Sequence record: SRR31156797_2108
Reading direction: 5' to 3' (one strand)
Length of the DNA stretch: 64,000 nt
Position numbers and translations under genes: made by a program. The notes under the pieces are model-generated. The model was given only the letters and a program-made list of their open reading frames with translations. It was not told where the DNA came from and made no database searches. Each line of letters begins with the position of its first letter. Positions within the stretch are counted from its first letter, which is position 1. This document shows positions 49,601 to 57,191 of this stretch, piece after piece.

Positions 49601-50194
49601 TAGCTTGGTATAGGCAGCCCTTCCAATTTGACGGTAAATTTCAGTCCCGGTTATCTTTTCCAATAACTCGGAGCGTTCGTTGGCATTTGCTTTCAGAAAT
49701 TTAGCAAACTCACCCTGCGATAAAACAATCGACTTTATAAATTGATCGTAGTTTAAGCCAGTTATATCAGCATTACAGCCAGGCACCAATCGCTTCGCTC
49801 GCTCCAGAATATCCCATTCACCTTGTTCATTCAATTGAGAAAGCTCCATCTCATAATCACGTAAGTTGTGATTACGGTTGCGGCTAATGCTCCATTTCGA
49901 GCGATAACTATTCCCGTTCACCTGATATTCTACTTCAGCATAACAATCGGAGGTACCCCGTGTGATCAGTGTTCCAAAGTTTTCGATATTTCCTTTCGAC
50001 ATCTTCCCGCTAAATCGTGGAATCTGGTTGTATAATGCAAGGCTGATGGCATCGAAAAGGGTACTCTTACCTGCACCTGTAGGTCCGGTAATGGCAAATA
50101 GTCCTGTTTGGCTCAAGGGAGCCTGATTAAAAGGAATAATATGCTCCTCCTTTAAAGAGTTCATGTTTTTTATTCTAAGTTGAGTGATTTTCAT
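46634..50194 (-). CDS. sbcC: Exonuclease SbcC (Rad50/SMC-like ATPase)
   Basis: GPTGAGKST, LSQGEF, zinc hook CPLCGS, LSGGE, LFIDEGFGSLD and ISH motifs, with long coiled coils. Confidence 0.96.
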   Translation of the reverse strand: MKITQLRIKNMNSLKEEHIIPFNQAPLSQTGLFAITGPTGAGKSTLFDAISLALYNQIPRFSGKMSKGNIENFGTLITRGTSDCYAEVEYQVNGNSYRSKWSISRNRNHNLRDYEMELSQLNEQGEWDILERAKRLVPGCNADITGLNYDQFIKSIVLSQGEFAKFLKANANERSELLEKITGTEIYRQIGRAAYTKLREQEALITAIDNKIQGIELLNPEEKESIEERSKTLKVEIEKLDKQVKITKEQVEIRKQESTIAQSLEKNSKDKECLRKEVQDFTPRLQQLEKHNKLIHIKGDLQQNIQQKQQISQLKKEQEEHIAQIEVRKKELEQIKKELSICLENEKLVSKERKELLPILNKVTLFDEQLINLKEQLKEQKVELDRTVLSSKKLRDKQDQHTSDLKICTNTKTEIEKWLWTNKVLEEVPAILPLVNSQVDQVKSTYSKLEEDAQRLKDTELYNQILKGSNWTQKIEVLEVEIRESKNRLIPLEKDLEKANFSNREELKQVIDLNSKRSKSLEQLVVLQTSYCKDEKEKKELSDKLNVTTQSVASIQKIVKEQEPKLKILQLKEEEINVRIQRLQLESSLEDKRQKLVPNQSCPLCGSTHHPYVESYENKGEESQKEQVKVRKELKDLQSDMDSKQRELVRQNTDRNNIQERLNILNQNLEISTKAFKEEATKSIVELTIQDENSLKELVEKQNILVKQIDSLAKTFESKEKLHQNLQLLSPLLDKVKQIAEAQKQSEFQLSKFSRYTEGKSNLKLKLEELKRLQLLYQDKKEDFLKQDKRILQLVELIKAGKDNIQTSTKEIEQKTNNLNKLTVMSSNIEKERKQLLGDKSPLEEQTKIDQKLEKAIQQKQNNSEKEVSTKQKLANLEELVKKNGKQIGELEKQYNKDLERLLVLVQERQFESLEEALKAILPEVKAEEFKNMNDSFQKRETSLKQNKNDLWEALAKIKLKLTDIPREELLEKEKQEDALLGEINKNIGAIDQQLKQDQENRKRAGGMLKELELQRKEVKRWANLNDLIGDATGNKYSKFAQELTLQQMLSLANLHLMKLDKRYLLKYNAQQNEDLFVVDTLQGNVERSVRTLSGGESFLISLALALGLSDLAGQNTQLETLFIDEGFGSLDQVTLELALGTLERLQAESNRTIGVISHVEALKERISTQIELVKDNSGNSHIEIH

Positions 50195-50211
50195 GGTATA
50201 AGGACTAAAGC

Positions 50212-51426
50212 TTATTGTTCTTGTTCATTCATTTCCTGTAGCAATTGCTGATATGAGTTTTGCAACTCTTCCCTGTCCTCAAAATTGGAACGATCCAGGA
50301 GCTTTTCGAATACCTCCTGATCCGTTAAATCCTTCAAGGCAACTTGCTCTTCATACAACTCAGAAACTCCTTTAATTCTATCCTTAAAACTGATGGTAGG
50401 CTTAACAATTTCCAAATCAAAATCTCCATCCAGCAGTTCCTTGTATTTTTGTAATAAATTAGGATCGTAGTTTTCTTCCACGATTTGAATCTCTGCCCAA
50501 TCGGTATATTCCCCTTTAGATTTGTGTTGCTGTAGTTGCTCTAAAACTTCATTCAAATTACCACTAAATCCCACTAGTTTTCTGAATAATGGAACTTTAA
50601 TTGGTTCTACCGACTTAAGTGCGTTTCCCTTAAATTCAACTAATATCATTTCTTTCTGATCTTTTCTTTCGCTAAAACTTAAGGGAATAGGAGATCCTGA
50701 ATAACGGACTTGCTCCTGCTTGGAAATACGTTGTGGGCGATGGATATGACCAAGGGCAACATAATCAAAGTTTTGAGGAAAAGAATCCCACCTAAAGGCT
50801 GCCTGATTTCCCATTTGTATGTCTCTTTCGCTATCGCTGGTCGATGCACCCGCCATATACAAATGACCGGTGGCAATTACCGGCAGCTTATTTGTATTGA
50901 TCTCTTCAAGTCTGTCTGCCAACTCCTGGTAATGATTGGCAATCCCCAAACTTGTCGCTTTTACTCTTTCTTCATGACTTTCTCCAGCTACTCCTTTACG
51001 GATATCTCTATCACGTAAATAGGGAACAGCACAAACATAGGCAGCCAATTGATCTTTACAGTCTTTAATTTCTATGATTTCATTTTCGATAAGATCCGGA
51101 ACACCTCCAATTACAGTAATGTCCAATGCATCCAGTAGATTTTTTGGTGCATTCAAAGTACTAACATAGTCATGATTACCACCAGTAATAATTACCTTTC
51201 TGCACTTACTTTCACGGCATTTGGTTAAGAATCTATAATATTGTTGCAAAGCTGCATTTGATGGATAACCCACATCAAAAATATCGCCTGCAATAAGGAG
51301 TACATCAATGTTTTTATCATTTATACATTGTAATAACCAGGAAAAGAATTTTTCGTGTTCATCAAACCTGTCTTTACCATGCAAGCGTTGTCCGATATGC
51401 CAATCAGAAGTATGTAATATTCTCAT
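50212..51426 (-). CDS. sbcD: Exonuclease SbcD (Mre11-like)
   Basis: HTSDWHIG, AGDIFD, GNHD, GHL, YVALGHIH and YSGSP motifs. Confidence 0.96.
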   Translation of the reverse strand: MRILHTSDWHIGQRLHGKDRFDEHEKFFSWLLQCINDKNIDVLLIAGDIFDVGYPSNAALQQYYRFLTKCRESKCRKVIITGGNHDYVSTLNAPKNLLDALDITVIGGVPDLIENEIIEIKDCKDQLAAYVCAVPYLRDRDIRKGVAGESHEERVKATSLGIANHYQELADRLEEINTNKLPVIATGHLYMAGASTSDSERDIQMGNQAAFRWDSFPQNFDYVALGHIHRPQRISKQEQVRYSGSPIPLSFSERKDQKEMILVEFKGNALKSVEPIKVPLFRKLVGFSGNLNEVLEQLQQHKSKGEYTDWAEIQIVEENYDPNLLQKYKELLDGDFDLEIVKPTISFKDRIKGVSELYEEQVALKDLTDQEVFEKLLDRSNFEDREELQNSYQQLLQEMNEQEQ

Positions 51427-51660
51427 GAATCGATATGTGTTAAGGGAATGTAAATATAGAAAAAGACTAGCTGAATTAAGACATAATATATAAATAGCAC
51501 TCGCTTTTTATTCAAAAAAACACGGAGTCTATAGCTAAGCATTAACAACTCAAAAAATTACTAACTACACCGCCATTCTTCATCATCGAACTCTCAGTCT
51601 TGAAATATTTGTCTCATCAATAGATATTAATCCTTAGCAGTAAATTTAAGAGTAGTGGTT

Positions 51661-51828
51661 GGGCATCGCGTTCTCCAATCGGGACTCATAGATGAAATGA
51701 GCGTTAAGAATAAAAATCTGTTTGAGCGATAGCGAGATATTTTTATTTAGTGAATAAATCGTGATGGGTGATTTAGAAAGCGCGCCCTAGATTTTTTGTT
51801 TACTTTTTCATCAATAGAAAAAGTAAAA
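51661..51828. repeat. Structured intergenic element (nested hairpin plus second hairpin)
   Basis: GGGC..CGCGTTCT..AATC pairs with GATT..AGAAAGCGCGCCC. Inner stem AATAAAAATCT/AGATATTTTTATT. Second hairpin TTTACTTTTTC/GAAAAAGTAAA. Confidence 0.55.
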
Positions 51829-52113
51829 GCCTTGTGGCTAGAGCTTTCTTTGATAAAAATTACATACCTCTATTTTTCACTTTACAACAATCAGTACCGT
51901 AATGCTAGCTTATCAAAAGTATAAACTCTGTGGTCTGAGTAAAACATCAATTTATTAGTACTATATCAGTTATATTAAGTCTATCTTTGCAGCTCAGAAC
52001 GAAAAAGATGGTTGAGAAATACACAAAGCAAATATATGTTTTGGGTAAGCGATTAAAAGAATACAGTCTATAGGACTGTAATAAAAAGTAGATAATAAAT
52101 AATTCACGACAAT

Positions 52114-52881
52114 ATGAAAGATCTTTCTAAGATAGATAGTATAAATAAAGAAATTGAAGAGTTTTTTAAAGCAAATGATTCACTTACAATAGTACCAGTA
52201 AAAAAACTAATGCCGGCATTTATTAAAGCTGGAATATTTGCAAAAGATATCAAAAAGGGATTGCCAATTCGTCTAATATTAAGAGAATTGGACAAGAACA
52301 ATGAATTGGCTTTAATTCCATATGTTCATGCTGAGAAAAACGGAGAGCATACCTATTGGTATTTTATTCCAGCCAATACAGAAGCTCCAGAAACACCTTA
52401 CAAACAAGAAAAAAAGAAGCCAGAGAATGATCCTATTGCCATTCGTTTAAATAGCGACGAAACCTATGTAATTGGTTTATGCGATAAGGCTTTGGGATTG
52501 ACAGCAGATCGACAAAAAAGATTTGATTTTCTTTTAGGGGATTTGCATAAGAATGGGAAAACTCAAACCTTGCTTCCAGTAGATGCTTACTACGAAGAGT
52601 TGCAGTTGGTTATTGAATACAAAGAGATTCAGAATCTAAAACCGATTGCAAGTCAAGAGAAAAGTATTGATGAGGATGAGGAGGAGAACACAAAAACGGT
52701 ATCGAGAGACGAGCAACGAAGAATATATGACGAAAGGAGAGCTAAGGTTCTTCCAGAGAATGATATCTCTTTGGTGGTTATTTCCTATTCAGATTTTGAT
52801 TACGATGATAAAAACAAAATAATCCGTGAGGAAAAAAGCGACTTGAAGATCGTACAGGAAGCATTAAAAAACTTTAGTTAG
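52114..52881 (+). CDS. Hypothetical protein with Vsr/DUF559-like nuclease-type C-terminal domain
   Basis: SDE..V...C, QKRFDFL, LPVDAYY..L.LVIEY.E.Q and D.R pattern. TATCTTTG promoter at 51982. Confidence 0.6.
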   Translation: MKDLSKIDSINKEIEEFFKANDSLTIVPVKKLMPAFIKAGIFAKDIKKGLPIRLILRELDKNNELALIPYVHAEKNGEHTYWYFIPANTEAPETPYKQEKKKPENDPIAIRLNSDETYVIGLCDKALGLTADRQKRFDFLLGDLHKNGKTQTLLPVDAYYEELQLVIEYKEIQNLKPIASQEKSIDEDEEENTKTVSRDEQRRIYDERRAKVLPENDISLVVISYSDFDYDDKNKIIREEKSDLKIVQEALKNFS

Positions 52882-52927
52882 TCGCAATCTGCAGAGCAAA
52901 TCTTAGCCTCTACGGCATGGATAAGAT

Positions 52928-52970
52928 AAAAGAGTCGAATGGTATGTAACCGTTCGACTCTTTTGTTTTT
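52928..52970 (+). terminator. Intrinsic terminator
   Basis: AAAAGAGTCGAATGGT...ACCGTTCGACTCTTTT plus T tract. Confidence 0.85.
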
Positions 52971-53097
52971 TGATACATAAAAAATACAATATTAACAGTA
53001 AAATTTATCTTATTCCATACCCTAGCTACTGTCAGTTCTCAACTATTTTGTTAATTTTGAATCCAAACAAAACTACAGACTATAATTTCGAAATAGA

Positions 53098-53505
53098 ATG
53101 GATTCAACAAATATCATAACTTATGGATTGGCTGCAATCGTAGGCTTTTTTGTATTAAGAGCTTTCTATAGAGGCACTCAAGGTAGAAAAATGTTAAAGG
53201 AACGGTTGACAAGAGAATACCGTACAGCTCTTAAAGGTCGTGATCGACAAAAAGCACTTAACGCAGGGAGGGCATATTATTCTTTCCATAGAGGCAATAA
53301 CGAATTAGCACCAATCGACGAGCAATCTATTGCAAACGACATGAAAATGATGCCGTCTGAAAAAGTTATAGTTGAGGTAGAGCCATCCGGTAATACTATC
53401 GATCAGTTGGAAAGATTAGCCAAATTAAAAGAGAAAGGAATACTAACTGAAAGTGAATTTCTTGAGCAGAAAGAAAAGATATTGCGAGCTAATACCCAAC
53501 TTTGA
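53098..53505 (+). CDS. SHOCT domain membrane protein
   Basis: N-terminal TM helix and C-terminal DQLERLAKLKEKGILTESEFLEQKEKIL. Confidence 0.88.
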   Translation: MDSTNIITYGLAAIVGFFVLRAFYRGTQGRKMLKERLTREYRTALKGRDRQKALNAGRAYYSFHRGNNELAPIDEQSIANDMKMMPSEKVIVEVEPSGNTIDQLERLAKLKEKGILTESEFLEQKEKILRANTQL

Positions 53506-53642
53506 TCTACAACGAAGACTCCAGAGTTAAAATTCCAACACGACTACATTTGTGTCATCTGGGAAATAACTATATATCATTAGAAGATGCTCTATGGGAT
53601 GCCAATACAAACATCTCCACCAATCTGGATCAAAGAACCTAA
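53502..53642 (+). pseudogene. hsdR: N-terminal remnant of type I restriction subunit R
   Basis: Manual translation LIYNEDSRVKIPTRLHLCHLGNNYISLEDALWDANTNI resembles the FNEDSRVKIP..LHL..LGY.YLS...WD..TNIF start of an HsdR subfamily. Stops after 46 codons. Confidence 0.65.
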
Positions 53643-53741
53643 ATACTAATAATAAAGTAAATTTTTTCTGATTCGATCGTTTCGATCTAATGGACAAAAT
53701 GGCAAAGGAAGGTCAGAAGTAAAAGTGGAAATTATTTATTC

Positions 53742-53774
53742 AGACCTGTCAGGTTTTGGAAATCTGATAGGTCT
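53742..53774. repeat. REP-type palindrome
   Basis: AGACCTGTCAGGTTT-TGG-AAATCTGATAGGTCT, 16 bp beyond the stop of the RAYT-like fragment. Confidence 0.7.
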
Positions 53775-53790
53775 TATTATAAATTTGATA

Positions 53791-53972
53791 TCAAATCTCC
53801 AAGTACTTCTCAGTTTTCATCACTCCAACCTCCTGTTTGTGCAGGTAGGTAAAATTGTCTTTATCATCGAACCATTCTATGCATTCATCTCGCTTTAATT
53901 TTGTTGGTTAGAGCTCATAAAGGTCAAATAAGAACTCCAACCATATTCTATTGGATGATCACAAAATCCACA
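53791..53972 (-). pseudogene. C-terminal remnant of REP-associated tyrosine transposase (RAYT, Y1 HUH)
   Basis: Manual translation CGFCDHPIEYGWSSYLTFMSS, frameshift, PTKLKRDECIEWFDDKDNFTYLHKQ...LEI*. The Y.WSSY motif is typical of RAYT C-termini, and a REP palindrome is adjacent. Confidence 0.65.
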
Positions 53973-54254
53973 TTGCCTCAATTAAGAAGCAAGCTTTATT
54001 TATGCCAATTAGCTTCTGAAAAGCCTATAAATAGTGAAAATGAACTAATATTAGACCTTTTTTGAACGATAAGGTCACCCATAAATAATAGCTTTGTGAC
54101 TATATTTACCATGACAAATTGTTATTCGGGAAGGAATTCAGATTTTTAGATTCCTTGAATTATAATATAAAGAATATGTACTTCTTCCGATCGTTTTGGA
54201 GGGAAGAACAGAGTTTGAAATCTATTTTCAGACTGTGTAAAAGGAGAATAGAAT

Positions 54255-55463
54255 ATGATTAAAAAACCACTAAATTCGGTTTTGGTGAAACCATCAGGTC
54301 CGGATTGTAATCTGGATTGTACCTACTGTTTTTATCTTGAAAAGGCAGACTTGTACCAACAAAAAAAGGTACATCGTATGGATGATGAAACATTGGAAAT
54401 ACTGATACGCCAGGTTATGGAGCAATCAGGACCTGAAGTGTCCTTTGGCTGGCAGGGAGGAGAGCCCACTTTGATGGGACTTGATTTCTTTAAAAAGGTG
54501 ATTGACTTGCAGCAGAAGTATGGTAATGGTAAATCGGTTGGCAATGGTTTGCAAACCAATGGTCTTCTATTGAATGAAGAATGGGCTGATTTTCTCAAAG
54601 AATACAATTGGTTGGTGGGCATTTCTTTAGATGGACCTCAGCACATTCACGATCATTACAGGCTAACACAATCGGGTAAACCGACTTGGGAGATTGTATC
54701 CCGAAATGCAAAGATGTTATTGGATAGAGGCGTTGCGACCAATGTATTGAGTTGTTTGACTGATCATTCGGCAGATCATATAGAGGAAATTTACAATTAC
54801 CATAAGAGTTTGGGCTTTGATTTTATGCAATTCATTCCTATTGTTGAAACAGATAAGGAGAATCAAAAACAAGCAGCATCATTTTCTCTTTCATCCGAAA
54901 AATATGGAGAAGTGCTTTGTAAACTTTGGGATTTGTGGACAAAAGATTTTCAAAATGGAATTCCTACCACATCTGTTCGTCATTTTGAATCAGTTTTTCA
55001 TACTTATGTCGGGATTCCTGCTCCTGAATGTACCTTGCAAAAAGAATGCGGCGTTTACACGGTAATTGAACACAACGGAGATGTGTATGCATGTGATTTC
55101 TTTGTGGATCCAAAATGGAGATTGGGTAATATCAAACAGGGAAAACTGATCAATATGCTGAATTCCAAAAAACAACAGCAATTTGGATGCATGAAGGCAA
55201 AATTACCAAGAAAATGTAGAAGTTGCAGCTACTTAAAACATTGTTTTGGTGGTTGTACAAAGGATAGAGTTAAAGATCCTAAAGACAATGGAATGCCACG
55301 CTTCTGTACCTCTTATAAAATGTTTTTTGCTCATGCTCATACCCAGCTACAGGAAATGGGTAGAAACTGGATGGCCCAGCAAATACAGATGCAGAACGAA
55401 ATGGAAGCTCAGCAAAGTGGAGGAACTTACAATGCGTTTAATGACTTCGTAAAAAAGGGATAA
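54255..55463 (+). CDS. Anaerobic sulfatase maturase (radical SAM/SPASM, anSME)
   Basis: KPSGPDCNLDCTYCFY, WQGGEPTL, QTNG, SLDGP, MQFIPIVE, EHNGDVYACDFFV and C..C.....C.GGC motifs. Confidence 0.95.
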   Translation: MIKKPLNSVLVKPSGPDCNLDCTYCFYLEKADLYQQKKVHRMDDETLEILIRQVMEQSGPEVSFGWQGGEPTLMGLDFFKKVIDLQQKYGNGKSVGNGLQTNGLLLNEEWADFLKEYNWLVGISLDGPQHIHDHYRLTQSGKPTWEIVSRNAKMLLDRGVATNVLSCLTDHSADHIEEIYNYHKSLGFDFMQFIPIVETDKENQKQAASFSLSSEKYGEVLCKLWDLWTKDFQNGIPTTSVRHFESVFHTYVGIPAPECTLQKECGVYTVIEHNGDVYACDFFVDPKWRLGNIKQGKLINMLNSKKQQQFGCMKAKLPRKCRSCSYLKHCFGGCTKDRVKDPKDNGMPRFCTSYKMFFAHAHTQLQEMGRNWMAQQIQMQNEMEAQQSGGTYNAFNDFVKKG

Positions 55464-55473
55464 GGAGGAGATT

Positions 55474-56598
55474 ATGCAGAAAAATAAAACCAAGAATATA
55501 GGAATTGGAATCCTGATTTTGGGTACTATGATCTTAGCTTCCTGCTCAGGGAAGAGTTCAGATGAAAAGAAAGTAGAAGAGGAAAAGCAGGTGCCAAGTT
55601 GTTGCCAAAAAGTGCCTGCAAGATTTCCTGCCAATACATCTCAAAAGAATCCTAAGGGAATGGTTTTCATTCCTGGTGGAAGTTTTATGATGGGAGGGGA
55701 CAATGAACAGGCTCGGCAAGATGAATACCCCAAGCATAAGGTAGAGGTTTCGGGTTTCTGGATGGATATTCATGAAGTGACCAATTCTCAGTTCAAGGAA
55801 TTCGTGGATGCTACAGGATATCTAACTGTAGCGGAGCGCACGCCTAACTGGGAAGAGATGAAGAAGCAATTGCCACCAGGTACACCAAAGCCTGATGAAA
55901 GTTTATTAGTGCCGGCTTCCCTGGTTTTTACGCCTCCTGCCTATCCTGTGAATGTTAACGGAGGACCTGTTTGGTGGTCGTGGATACAAGGTGCCAATTG
56001 GCGTCAACCCAAAGGACCTGGTTCAAATCTGATTGGTTTTGAGGACCATCCTGTTGTGCATGTTGCCTGGGAGGATGCCATGGCCTACTGCCAATGGGCG
56101 GGCAAGCGATTACCAACAGAAGCAGAGTGGGAGTATGCCGCACGTGGCGGCTTATCAAACAAAATTTACCCATGGGGGAACGAAAATGTAGATGAAGGGT
56201 GCGTAAAGACCAATTCATGGCAAGGACAGTTCCCCAACCATAACACTCAACGAGATGCTTTTTATGCTACCTCACCAATAAAATCCTTTCAAGCCAATCC
56301 ATTTGGATTGTATGATATGGCTGGTAATGTGTGGGAATGGTGTGCCGACTGGTATCACTCCGACTATTACAAAACGCTTGCCAATGGGGTGGTAAATCCC
56401 AAAGGTCCAGAGTCCAGCTTCGATCCTCAGGAACCTACCGTTCCCAAGCGTGTGGTTCGTGGCGGTTCTTTTTTGTGCAATGACAGCTACTGTTCCGGTT
56501 ATCGGGTAGCAGCCCGTATGAAAACAAGCGTTGACACGGGTTTAAGTCATACAGGCTTTCGTTGTGTTATGAATGGAGAAAAAAATATTGTAGAATAA
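55474..56598 (+). CDS. Formylglycine-generating enzyme family lipoprotein
   Basis: Lipobox LASC, GGSFMMG, HPVVHV, RLPTEAEWEYAARGG, GLYDMAGNVWEW, RGGSFLCNDSYC and GFRC. Confidence 0.93.
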   Translation: MQKNKTKNIGIGILILGTMILASCSGKSSDEKKVEEEKQVPSCCQKVPARFPANTSQKNPKGMVFIPGGSFMMGGDNEQARQDEYPKHKVEVSGFWMDIHEVTNSQFKEFVDATGYLTVAERTPNWEEMKKQLPPGTPKPDESLLVPASLVFTPPAYPVNVNGGPVWWSWIQGANWRQPKGPGSNLIGFEDHPVVHVAWEDAMAYCQWAGKRLPTEAEWEYAARGGLSNKIYPWGNENVDEGCVKTNSWQGQFPNHNTQRDAFYATSPIKSFQANPFGLYDMAGNVWEWCADWYHSDYYKTLANGVVNPKGPESSFDPQEPTVPKRVVRGGSFLCNDSYCSGYRVAARMKTSVDTGLSHTGFRCVMNGEKNIVE

Positions 56599-56667
56599 AA
56601 CCAATTACATTATAGATTTTCTTATTAATTGCACCTTAAGTGTTGACAAGTGCAAAGAATAATATAG

Positions 56668-56708
56668 AAAAAGGCTTATACGATGAAATAATCGTATGAG
56701 CCTTTTTT
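56668..56708 (+). terminator. Intrinsic terminator
   Basis: AAAAAGGCTTATACGAT...ATCGTATGAGCCTTTTT. Confidence 0.85.
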
Positions 56709-57191
56709 GTTTATAACAAGACTCCAATTGTCTATAATAGCACTGGTAACTATTTGATGAAATTAATTAAGATAAACATTAAAGCAATTAATCATTTTAA
56801 TGGTAAATGACATGCTTAATCAAAAGTAACCTAAAATTAGAATGGAAGAAAGAGAATAATCGATTTCAATGCTTATTATGTTGTTCTTTGATGGATTGTT
56901 GCTACAAATTAATTCTTTGGTCAGGAAATACTCTTTTTTGGTCATATTGTGCAAGTGATAAACCTTTGTTTATGCTTGCTTTACACTTGTGCTAAGATTA
57001 AGGTTGGTAGTCTTGATCTTTCACTTTGATCAAATATTACTACTTGATTTTAGGCTTGTGAGCATTTGAGATTGGTAGTAATAGGTCAAAATTATTAAAA
57101 TTTAGATGCGTTACGGGAGTGGCATTAACAATGTGGGAGATTGTAGGCCACTCTTGTTTTTTCTATCTTTGAATTTTAGGAGAAAATTGGA

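Noticed and set aside
46634-51426. SMC-based defence system (Wadjet or Lamassu)
   Set aside because: The zinc hook and Mre11-type partner identify ordinary SbcCD.
56807-56995. 62-aa intergenic ORF
   Set aside because: No motif and odd Cys/Leu composition. It cannot be supported as a gene.
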